Below are positions 50,905-59,509 of a DNA stretch of 64,000 nucleotides, piece after piece. Location: IMG/VR virus record IMGVR_UViG_2061766007_000327, one strand, 5' to 3'. The DNA comes from an uncultured virus (IMG/VR IMGVR_UViG_2061766007_000327). Its lineage: Duplodnaviria > Heunggongvirae > Uroviricota > Caudoviricetes. The notes beneath the pieces are model-generated. The model made no database searches, was not told where the DNA came from, and saw only the letters and a list, made by a program, of their open reading frames with translations. Within the stretch, counting starts at the first letter, position 1. Each line of letters starts with the position of its first letter. Made by a program: the position numbers and the translations under genes.

Positions 50905-51036
50905 TTTTGATTCTATCTATATAACGTTTCCACTGGGCAGCCGTATCAAAGGTCAGCACTTCCGTGCCAATGACGGAGCGGTAGCCACCCTGCGACCGCT
51001 CCATCAGATTATATCCCTCGTAAGTCAATAGGTACG

Positions 51037-51270
51037 TCATGACTCAGACACCTCCGTGATGTAATCATTGGCATCCTCCATGCTTGACTGCGCATCCTCC
51101 ATTGTAGAGATAAACTCTTCCATCTGCTCGCCCCTCTCACTGTCTTGGATGCCCTCGGGCAGATTGTCATAAGCATCCTGCTCCTCGTCGATAACCTCCT
51201 GCAGTCGATCCATCAGACCGACCAATTCATCGCTGATTTTCTCAAGCTCTTTCCTTCTTTGTTTGTTCAT
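51037..51270 (-). CDS. highly acidic helical protein
   Basis: MNKQRRK...EEQDAYDNLPEGIQDSERGEQMEE. Confidence 0.7.
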   Translation of the reverse strand: MNKQRRKELEKISDELVGLMDRLQEVIDEEQDAYDNLPEGIQDSERGEQMEEFISTMEDAQSSMEDANDYITEVSES

Positions 51271-51617
51271 GATTAAAAGTATTTAAGATTAAACCTCCGG
51301 CAAGACAGAACATCAGAAAGTTCGTAGGCTCGCCCCAATATAGTCCAAGCGCCACTGCCGTGGCTGCTAGGATAAGTTTCACTTTAGCCATCGCTCTTTG
51401 ATTGTTATAACATTCCACTTGAACTCCACCTCCGCAATCTGCTCGCGGATGCATCGNNNNNNNNNNTCCGACCTCACTAAGCCACTCTCCTGAGTATATT
51501 TTGTAGCCTTTCTCGAAGCGGTCTACCTCGGCATACTTGCGCCCGGTCTGCTTATCCCTAAACAGCCAGAACTTGCCGTACGGGTTCTGGCATTCCGTGA
51601 TGATGATTGTTGTCATA

Positions 51618-52337
51618 TCAATGTGCTTCAAATAAGATTGTTTCACCATTCTTTGCGCCCCAACAACCAGTCCATGCCTCGGCGCACTCTTCGCATGAGC
51701 CAGGACACATAAACTGCTTATCGGTGCAGTGCGGTCCTTTAGTCCCGTCCGCCCATAGAGGACTGCTCACAGGCAGGTTGTACGGATTCTCGAATTCCGC
51801 TCCGCGCCAATCCGAAAAGATGATGTGCAGGTTCTTAGGCAACGGTCCTACATTGGTTATGTACTCATTAACAAGATCGTACATCTTCGTGAATGCCAGA
51901 AACTCGCATGTCGGTGTTTGCTCGGCAATGGTTACCATCGCTTCAAGATACGGATGACTGATAATGTCCGCACCGACATGCCATCTAAAGAATCGCAGAT
52001 ACTTGACTGCCTTGAAAATCTCACCGAAATACTTCTGCGGGTCTTGGTGGAATATCGCGCTGTTGTTAGCCCTGCTCTTCTGCACTGTCTTCTGGAAGCA
52101 AACGTTCCTTACATCATAACAACCCCTCGCACAAACCTTGCAGTTCCCGCAGTCGGCCACCGGAATCATACTCACTGAAGGTACAAGCGCACCGGTCTTG
52201 CGGTTGCCATAACTCAACTTGACGTGAGCGTTCTCCACGTCAACTTCGTTTCTAAATTCCAACATCTGCTGAACTCTTCGCTTGATCGCATCAGCGCTGA
52301 ACTCTTTGTAATTGTGCTTAAACTCTGTCTTTGCCAT
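51618..52337 (-). CDS. GP88-like phage protein (Cys-rich)
   Basis: GNRKTG, C..C..C..GCY, FRWHVGADI, AFTK, C-terminal CPGSCEEC. Confidence 0.7.
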   Translation of the reverse strand: MAKTEFKHNYKEFSADAIKRRVQQMLEFRNEVDVENAHVKLSYGNRKTGALVPSVSMIPVADCGNCKVCARGCYDVRNVCFQKTVQKSRANNSAIFHQDPQKYFGEIFKAVKYLRFFRWHVGADIISHPYLEAMVTIAEQTPTCEFLAFTKMYDLVNEYITNVGPLPKNLHIIFSDWRGAEFENPYNLPVSSPLWADGTKGPHCTDKQFMCPGSCEECAEAWTGCWGAKNGETILFEAH

Positions 52338-52339
52338 GA

Positions 52340-52579
52340 TTATTCCTCTATTGTCCTTGTTTGTACCCAGAATCTTTTAACAAGCCTCCCACATTCGAGG
52401 ACCTGGAAATTATCCAAGTCCCCCTCAACCGTGTAGCCTTTCTCTATCGCGTAGTCACGCTCGGCCTTCATAGCATAGAAGGCTCCGTCAAACGTGGCGT
52501 GGAGCGAAAGAAGCGTGTCCTTCCCGCTCAACACTTCACGTCTCATCATGATGTAAACTGTATAGCCTATCATACCCAT
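52340..52579 (-). CDS. hypothetical protein
   Basis: Packed ORF. Confidence 0.5.
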   Translation of the reverse strand: MGMIGYTVYIMMRREVLSGKDTLLSLHATFDGAFYAMKAERDYAIEKGYTVEGDLDNFQVLECGRLVKRFWVQTRTIEE

Positions 52580-52726
52580 TCAATTATTGTTGGTTTACCA
52601 TAAGGCGTGCATATCATATGACGCCCATAATAACAGTCGTCGAAGTACATCATATCTTTCCAGTATACCTCAACTAGATTTCGGCACGCCCGCTCTTTAT
52701 ACACTCCGATGTACTTGCCGACATCC

Positions 52727-52912
52727 TTAGCGTAATACCGTTGCCCTTTCATATGTGTTCACTCTATTTACGCCAGCCATCCAGCTGATATCGCCCAAGC
52801 GATACCCTCCGGCATCTTCAAGCCAGTTCTCAATCTCTTCACTCAGCTCCATCTCCGGAGCCTCAATGATGTCGACCTCGCCGACACTATAATCTAATAC
52901 TGCTATTTTCAT
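52727..52912 (-). CDS. small acidic protein
   Basis: MKIAVLDYS...ISWM. Confidence 0.55.
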   Translation of the reverse strand: MKIAVLDYSVGEVDIIEAPEMELSEEIENWLEDAGGYRLGDISWMAGVNRVNTYERATVLR

Positions 52913-52914
52913 GA

Positions 52915-53352
52915 TTACCTCCTTGTTGTTTCCTCACTTGCAAAACTGAAATACTCGTTGTCCGCGATGATAACGTGGTCGATAAGTTCGATATCCAAAC
53001 ACTTCAGACCGTCCCTCACATCCTTCGTCTGATTGATGTCCGCCGTACTTGGCTTAGCATTACCGCTCGGATGGTTATGCACCAGGATGACTCCGTCTGC
53101 CAGCATATCAACCGCGACCTTCGCGATAACCTTCTTATCAAAGACCGTCGAGTTCGTCCCACCGATACTCAGCAGGAAATGGCCCTTGATGTTCATTCCC
53201 TTGTCCAAAGTCAGCACCCACGCCATTTCTCGCCACTGCTCATCCGTAGGCATGCAGTACAGTTCAACATACTTGACAACATCGCTAGCCGTCAAAACCT
53301 TAAACGGAGCATCCTCCTTGAGAACACTCCGCACCAACTTCAATTCGTACAT
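52915..53352 (-). CDS. radC: RadC-like JAB/MPN domain protein
   Basis: E...LD, GG, VILVHNHPSG..KPS.AD, IELIDHVII...YFSFA; start MYELKL. Confidence 0.85.
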   Translation of the reverse strand: MYELKLVRSVLKEDAPFKVLTASDVVKYVELYCMPTDEQWREMAWVLTLDKGMNIKGHFLLSIGGTNSTVFDKKVIAKVAVDMLADGVILVHNHPSGNAKPSTADINQTKDVRDGLKCLDIELIDHVIIADNEYFSFASEETTRR

Positions 53353-53642
53353 TATACGATTTCGTTTAATTTTGTGTAAACTTTTATTACTAGTTCCCTT
53401 AGTTGTTTCTTGGTCATCCCGTCCAAGCCGTCCTTGCCTACGACACTCTCCATGTGCAGGATGATACCCCAAATTTCCTTTTCCATGTTACATGAAACTT
53501 TGTTCTCCCAAATAATCCTTTTGTTCGTCACTCAGACTGCTGAACTCTTCCCAACTCATATCGATCCAGCCCCAATCGCCCATGCAGTCATCAAGACCAA
53601 CGACCATGATGCCGTCGCCCTTGTCATAGTATTGATACCGTG

Positions 53643-53891
53643 TCATGACTCTTCCCAGATGATTCCGTTCTCGTCTCCCTCAATAACCTCGTCCCAATCT
53701 ACCTCAGAACAGTCGACCTCATTGTTCCAGCACCACTCTTCAATGGCCTCAACAATTTCGTTGTATAAGCTACAGTCCGCCATTCTTAATGGACAACGGT
53801 CGAGCCCCATCCAGCCGAGCGCCACACTCAAACGCTCTTCGTAGAAAACAACATGATTCCGTACATAGACGGCTACTTTACTCTTGTTCAT
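53643..53891 (-). CDS. small acidic protein
   Basis: Packed ORF. Confidence 0.5.
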   Translation of the reverse strand: MNKSKVAVYVRNHVVFYEERLSVALGWMGLDRCPLRMADCSLYNEIVEAIEEWCWNNEVDCSEVDWDEVIEGDENGIIWEES

Positions 53892-54056
53892 AACTCAATG
53901 TCTGTGAAGTCCCAATCGTACTTATCTGGTTCATACAAGCCGTCCATCTTATCTATGCGCTCGTAGTTGTGTATGGCTATCAAAGCCCTTTCGACCGTTG
54001 CATGGTAGCTTACCTGCTCGCCCGATTCCTTGTGAATTACTGCTATCGCTTTCATC

Positions 54057-54755
54057 TTAGCACTCACTTATTATGTCATCACTGTTTAGAAAATACCGCT
54101 CCAAGAACATTTCCTTGTAGTCGGTCTTGAACTTCCCATTCACCCAGGCAAGCACGCTTGCGTAGGTAAACAACTCCTTCGATTCGACACGCTCGTACTT
54201 CGTCATCGGTAGTGCCGGCCTCTCGTTGGTCGGAGCCTTCCACCAACTGCCGTACTTCTCCATCAGCGCATCATAGCGGTCAACATACTCTTTCATCGCT
54301 TGGTCGTTCCAACTCACATCGTAAACCTCGCCATAGAATCCGAGCCGGTCATCTCCGTTGTGGCTCTTGTTGTACCTCGGATGAATCTCGATGAACCACA
54401 CATGGCCCGTCTTGTCCTTGAATGTCGTCCGGATCCGGTAATTACCGATACCATCGTTCACGGTCGGAGGATAGTCACCTCCCATCCGATGCCAAGTCAA
54501 GATCCCCCGCTGCGAGCAATACTCCATTGTTTCGGCCTTGCGTTCCCCGAACCTCTGCATCGCAAACTCGATCTGCCCGTCGCTGATTTCCCATTTCCTA
54601 CGATAATCCGGCCAGTTTACATAGTGACCGTCCGTCACGCTCTCGCCATTGAGCCATCGACCATAGCCGGTCGCGTACCTTGCTTCCCTGATGCCAGCAT
54701 CACTCGACATCATGTCATTGAACAGCTCGTCCGTCAAAATCGGATACTTTGCCAT
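54057..54755 (-). CDS. hypothetical protein
   Basis: GNYRIRTTF.D..G..WFIE motif. Confidence 0.65.
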   Translation of the reverse strand: MAKYPILTDELFNDMMSSDAGIREARYATGYGRWLNGESVTDGHYVNWPDYRRKWEISDGQIEFAMQRFGERKAETMEYCSQRGILTWHRMGGDYPPTVNDGIGNYRIRTTFKDKTGHVWFIEIHPRYNKSHNGDDRLGFYGEVYDVSWNDQAMKEYVDRYDALMEKYGSWWKAPTNERPALPMTKYERVESKELFTYASVLAWVNGKFKTDYKEMFLERYFLNSDDIISEC

Positions 54756-54758
54756 AAC

Positions 54759-55046
54759 CTAAATATTATACAGTCCTTCGATATACCCTTTCCTCGCCTC
54801 GGTCTGCCCTCTGAGGCACGCACCCAGATACACCCAGCCGTTCTCCGACCGCTTAAAGGTGTCGTAAATCGCCCAGGCTGGATGCTCCGCGTCCTGGTCC
54901 TTCGGTTCGCCCACTTGAAACAATCCACCACCCAACCAAGTCGGTGGCACGCAGTTCTTCAACTCATTTACTACCGCATCAGACACTTCCTGCCCGACCG
55001 CGATGTTCAGAGAGCCGTCACGCTCCCAATCAGTCATTGTGTACAT
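54759..55046 (-). CDS. hypothetical protein
   Basis: NCVPP...FQVGEP motif. Confidence 0.6.
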   Translation of the reverse strand: MYTMTDWERDGSLNIAVGQEVSDAVVNELKNCVPPTWLGGGLFQVGEPKDQDAEHPAWAIYDTFKRSENGWVYLGACLRGQTEARKGYIEGLYNI

Positions 55047-55085
55047 ACTGTTGCTTTGTGTTTATTCGTTGTCCTTACGCCTCAA

Positions 55086-55499
55086 TCACAGGCTAGTCGC
55101 CCTTTCATTATATTCCTTTCTGGCATAGTCCATTGACTCTTTGTCAGAGTTGAGTACAATCAGCCCATGAGCGTAGTCGTAGTCGTCGCCGTACATTAGT
55201 GCTTCATGGTTGTACCACAGAAACGCAGTACATTCATATTTCCCGTCCACTATACAAGGGAATACACCATCTAAGAATAAGTATTTGTAAGTTTTTGGCC
55301 CGGCATTCGCGAAGTTGTGCGTTATTTCATGCACATTGTCTTCGAACTCATCCGCGTTATCCGGTGCGCAAATGTCATAACCGACAAGTTGCTCAATTTC
55401 CCCATGTAAATAAACTCCGCAATGCAGAAACCCGACCGCTCCGTCATGATGGTCGCGGTAGTTCTCTGAATAATAAGAGTTGATTTTTAAGGTTTTCAT
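55086..55499 (-). CDS. hypothetical protein
   Basis: ORF with AT-rich leader. Confidence 0.6.
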   Translation of the reverse strand: MKTLKINSYYSENYRDHHDGAVGFLHCGVYLHGEIEQLVGYDICAPDNADEFEDNVHEITHNFANAGPKTYKYLFLDGVFPCIVDGKYECTAFLWYNHEALMYGDDYDYAHGLIVLNSDKESMDYARKEYNERATSL

Positions 55500-55664
55500 A
55501 ATGCTAATTTATCGGTTCAACCTTTTCAAAGCCAAAGAATATCTGATAGACCCCTTCGACTCCGTTAAACTTGGCCTGCACGACCGTTCCTCGTTTGCAG
55601 GTCACAATCATTTCCTTGCCGTCATACATAAAACGGCTGCCTACCGGCATTTCTGATACTGATT

Positions 55665-55895
55665 TCATTTGCACATCTCTTTTAGTTCCTTCTTAATTCT
55701 CCTAGCAGTTTCGCCACGCCAGGTGCTGGCGTTGCATAAGAAGTACAGGACAACACTCTTCGCGCTGTCACAGTAATAGTTGTCGTTGATGCTCTCGATC
55801 GACATCATCGCATCCAAATAGTCCTTCGCATACGGACTCACCTTTGCGCCCCAATCCTTGCGGATTTCGCGGGCAATTTCACAAATCGCTCTCAT
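55665..55895 (-). CDS. conserved small phage protein
   Basis: IAREIRKDW...YLDAM...VLYFL.NA.TWRGE.ARRIKKEL. Confidence 0.7.
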   Translation of the reverse strand: MRAICEIAREIRKDWGAKVSPYAKDYLDAMMSIESINDNYYCDSAKSVVLYFLCNASTWRGETARRIKKELKEMCK

Positions 55896-56101
55896 CTTAC
55901 TTTACTTTTTCAATGAAACAATACTTCCCATAGCGAGCCTTCAAGGCTATCATTTTCCTCGCTCGCTTCTCGCTCTCGTACGTGCCTACTTCGATCCGCA
56001 CGCCACGATACATCCTGTAAACTCTAAACATTGCCGTTCACTTTTTCGTCGCTCGGGAACATTCCCACGACAACCAACATTATTACTAAGACCCACATAT
56101 C

Positions 56102-56284
56102 CTATGCGTTTATCATTGCTTTGTACATCTCAATACTTTCGCGTCCCTCCGCGATTTGATACCATCCGCTTATCCGCGTCCAGAACTCCCCCGCCCTCAT
56201 CGCTCGCTCCGCGGTCGGTCGCTCTTCAACCCGAATAATTACATTGAATCGGTCGTAAATCACTGCTGCGTATTCGTTATGCAT
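56102..56284 (-). CDS. hypothetical protein
   Basis: Packed ORF. Confidence 0.45.
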   Translation of the reverse strand: MHNEYAAVIYDRFNVIIRVEERPTAERAMRAGEFWTRISGWYQIAEGRESIEMYKAMINA

Positions 56285-56406
56285 AATTCCTGTGGTTTTT
56301 CTTGTTCAACTTCGTCCGCTTCGCAATCTTACGACTACGGCGGTCGTCCATCTCGTACATCTCATCCCAAGACATACGATTCCATTCATGCTTTGTCTTC
56401 ATCGCT

Positions 56407-56568
56407 CTACCCTCCAATCGTGTAAGACACTTCCGCCACAGAATAGATATACTCATCTTGGTGGCTCATAATTCGGGCATAATCTTCAGCATCGCTCTTG
56501 TTATCGCAAGTAAACAAAACTGACGGGTTCAAACTTTTGAACCAACGCAATACAACATACTTTTTCAT
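56407..56568 (-). CDS. 53-aa hypothetical protein (not in the ORF track)
   Basis: Read manually as MKKYVVLRWFKS...YTIGG*. Confidence 0.45.
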   Translation of the reverse strand: MKKYVVLRWFKSLNPSVLFTCDNKSDAEDYARIMSHQDEYIYSVAEVSYTIGG

Positions 56569-56595
56569 CGCTAACTAATTTTATAAGGTTATTCG

Positions 56596-57170
56596 TAGCG
56601 AGCGCCCGATTCGATCGGACAGCATCGCGCCTTTCGCTCGCCCATTACTCAGTAGCCAATTTTCTCTGCTTCGTGCCAGATTCTGAAACACGACATAGTA
56701 AACTCATTACTTTCGACTACCTACGGCTGTTCAACTTATATCTATTCGTTCGGTTTGCCATTCCATTGTCGCTCTTCGTCCATTTTATCTCTAGGTATGG
56801 ATACCTGTCAGAACGCTCGTGTCGTGTGTCACTCACTACTGGACATAGTTTCCTCCGAACCTTCTATGTCGTTCCGCTCGTTCCCGCTGGTTCTATACGC
56901 TCCGGTTCCAGCACCGTATTTTATACTCCTTATGAGACCGTCCACAGCAAACTCGTTGCTCGGCTTACATCGTTCGGAGTCCCGTCTACTAAACCCGTTC
57001 GTTCGGGTCGTTCGCTCGGTATTCTCAGTATGTCCTGTCATTCGGCCCGTTCACGTCAATTTGGCGTTTCAAGGTCAAAATTTGAGGGTACAAAGTGCCC
57101 CCATCGGCTACATTCAAAAAGCCGATTGCATGGCAAGCTAAGGGACGCATTCAAGTCCCTTAGCCCGTAT
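56596..57170 (-). ncRNA. candidate large structured ncRNA ending in a tRNA-like minihelix
   Basis: ~570 nt with no credible sense ORF inside a densely coding operon; many hairpins; 3' acceptor plus T-arm mimic. Confidence 0.5.
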
Positions 57171-57188
57171 TGATATGTAACTATTTAG

Positions 57189-57623
57189 TTACTTTGTGGT
57201 TGTCGGTGTTACAATAGTTTGGCTGAATCGGTTGCCCTGCCTATTACTTTCAATGCAATTGATAGCGCATTTTTTCAGCAACCCGCGGGCCGTTACACCG
57301 GACAACCTTGCAACCTTGAAAACAACCTTCCCGTCTTCGGTTCTTACCTTATTGCAGGGCTTTCCGTCTTCGGTTGCATATCTTGAAAAATTCTTGATAA
57401 GCCATATTTCAGGCTTTTCTCCCTTACTGCCTGCAATCCCTGCAATAACGGAATTCAATGCCTTATAAGCAGTGTTTTCCGCTTTCAGTCCATCCCATTG
57501 TAGTTTCAACTGCTTTTCAAAAGAGTCGAAAAACGCTTTCACGCTTTCCTTTGCTTTTCTGCTTTCGTCATTGCTGAATTCATTTATAGTCCTTTCAGCG
57601 AAGACATTTTTTACATCTGCCAT
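57189..57623 (-). CDS. first gene of the leftward early operon, hypothetical
   Basis: 144-aa ORF with A-rich leader. Confidence 0.7.
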   Translation of the reverse strand: MADVKNVFAERTINEFSNDESRKAKESVKAFFDSFEKQLKLQWDGLKAENTAYKALNSVIAGIAGSKGEKPEIWLIKNFSRYATEDGKPCNKVRTEDGKVVFKVARLSGVTARGLLKKCAINCIESNRQGNRFSQTIVTPTTTK

Positions 57624-57864
57624 AACTTTTGTTTTTAAGTGTTAAACTTTGCTTTTCAGTGTTGGTAACGCTTGCAGTGTCTTATCTATTAATAGGTATT
57701 TTCCCGCTTGCGTTATACCTATATAATTACAGATATTATGCCAAATATGCTATAATATATAAATTTATACCTTTTGACAACTTAATTATCGTAAAACGAT
57801 ATGAAAATATATTAAATTTATACCTTTTGAATAATTTTAAGTTTGGCACACCTAAAATAGTACA

Positions 57865-57907
57865 TGACAAAATGTCATGACAAAGTGTCAGGCCTGACAA
57901 AATGTCA
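57865..57907. promoter_or_regulatory. three palindromic TGACA-N3-TGTCA boxes
   Basis: 57865-57877, 57878-57890 and 57895-57907. Confidence 0.7.
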
Positions 57908-58136
57908 TGTTTTATGTCTTATCGAAAAACATTAAAAAATTTACGTTTTACGCTGCTTGTAACCAACATCACAAAGGGACTAAATGCTTGATTGTCAACA
58001 ACTTAAAACGTTTTAAAGGGTGGCGGGGTATGCCATGTAGGCCGAGGGACAGACCCCAGGTGCGTTCCTGAAATTTTTTTTCGAGTGTAATTCGATGTAG
58101 CTGAAACTGTGTAAAACCTACCTAATATCATAAGAC

Positions 58137-58354
58137 CTACACTCTATAAATAATTAATTTTCAACTTATTAATCTTTAAAATGTAGAAGTGTAGTTAAGT
58201 AATAAGATATAAAAGGTAATATGCTCTCTTTATACGTATATAAAAAGAATGGCATTTCAGACTACACTCCTACACTGGATCTTCGTAACTGCGATGATTA
58301 TCAATGTGTTGCACCGATGTACCCCTGAATGTAGGGTGTACACTGCCCTACACT
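58137..58354. repeat. CTACACT/AGTGTAG iteron-like repeats around an AT-rich tract (putative origin)
   Basis: CTACACT at 58137, 58262, 58270 and 58348; inverted copies near 58182-58194 and 58330-58341. Confidence 0.5.
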
Positions 58355-58402
58355 GGCATTACATTTGCAGCGGACGACCTTCCGAGAAATCATTCAAATG
58401 TT

Positions 58403-58558
58403 ATGGACAAGCGAGAATTGAGATTGGGCGACGAGGTGCTCTGGAATGGGCAGGTCGCAGTGGTCGACACCCTGACGCAGACATGCGTCGCACTGGTATG
58501 CGTGGATAACAATGACTACGTGATCGTGAGCTATGCCGACATTCAGCGGAAGAATTAA
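58403..58558 (+). CDS. small hypothetical protein
   Basis: MDKRELRLGDEVLW; TACATTTG promoter element at 58360-58367. Confidence 0.5.
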   Translation: MDKRELRLGDEVLWNGQVAVVDTLTQTCVALVCVDNNDYVIVSYADIQRKN

Positions 58559-58929
58559 GGAGGAGCGGAAGGCGCTCTTCGGAAAGTACGAGGTCAGCGA
58601 CCGCGGGATCGTCTACAGCGACGGGATGCNNNNNNNNNNNNNNNNNNNNNNTCGGGGTCAACCTGCGAGGGAAGCGGGTGAAGATCTGCGAGCTGGTGGC
58701 GAAGGCGTTCTTGGATGGGGGCGGAGAAGGTCGCTGGGTCCGGCATAAGAACGGCGATGTAAAGGATAACCGGGTGGAGAACCTGGAGTGGTCGGAAAAG
58801 AAGGAAGAGAGAAGGGGCCGGAAGAGCGCGGAGAGGATCGTAAGGGNNNNNNNNNNGGTGAGCGAGGAGGGGATTAGGTCTTGCCTGCGGGGTGTGCAGA
58901 AAAGTGCCGGGGGACTCTTGTGGTTTTGA
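58533..58929 (+). CDS. HNH endonuclease-like gene (gapped, possibly degenerate)
   Basis: KYEVSDRG, LVAKAF, VRHKNGDVKDNRVENLEW. Confidence 0.6.
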
Positions 58930-58953
58930 CGGAAGTTTCGTAGCTTTGCGTTC

Positions 58954-59133
58954 ATGGGAAATGCAGAGATCTTAAGAGGAATGAGCAGGGAGGAGCTGGA
59001 AAGGCTCTTCGCGGAGCGGCGGATGCTGCTCCTGGAGGTGCGTGACGAGATTGACCGGCGTGACCGCGAATGGGGAAAGCCGGGTGTCGATGTGGACTTC
59101 ACGAAGTATGTAGGTGACGGCATCGAGGGCTAG
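58954..59133 (+). CDS. 59-aa hypothetical protein (not in the ORF track)
   Basis: MGNAEILRG...GIEG*, starting 5 nt after TAGCTTTG (58941-58948). Confidence 0.5.
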   Translation: MGNAEILRGMSREELERLFAERRMLLLEVRDEIDRRDREWGKPGVDVDFTKYVGDGIEG

Positions 59134-59178
59134 GCACGCGATTTGTAGCGAGGGACAACTTTTAGAAATCGAGATATT

Positions 59179-59424
59179 ATGTTTGCTATTTGTGACAAGG
59201 TAGTGTACTTGAACACTGCGACGCGGAAGTTCGACACCGCGGTTATCAAGGGAATCCAGATCGTGCCGACCGGGATCAGCAAGAATGAGGAGGGCGAGGA
59301 TGTCCTGGACGGTAGCGTTGTTTTGTACCAGACGAAGGAGGGGCCGGTGCTTGCGGAGGCTGAGGTCTTCGCGAGCGAGGAGGAGGCTAAGAAGGTCTGG
59401 ACCGATGTGATTGCAAGTCTTTAG
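59179..59424 (+). CDS. hypothetical protein
   Basis: 81-aa ORF; VFASEEEA motif. Confidence 0.6.
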   Translation: MFAICDKVVYLNTATRKFDTAVIKGIQIVPTGISKNEEGEDVLDGSVVLYQTKEGPVLAEAEVFASEEEAKKVWTDVIASL

Positions 59425-59509
59425 GTTTATGAGAATATCCCGCAGTGATGCGCGTACCGTGTTAGTTTTTCATTGTGATTGTTTTACTGGCAGCCGGGAA
59501 AGACCGGCA

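Noticed and set aside
50970..51006. Strong hairpin GATGGAGCGGT...ACCGCTCCGTC on the minus strand
   Set aside because: It lies inside a plausible 56-aa ORF (MTYLLTYEGY..., starting at 51040), so it is not counted as an intergenic RNA.
56673..57173. Plus-strand ORFs of 166 and 128 aa, and a 70-aa minus-strand ORF
   Set aside because: S/R/P-rich or otherwise biased composition, no good start context, and the long ones oppose the operon direction; treated as shadow ORFs.
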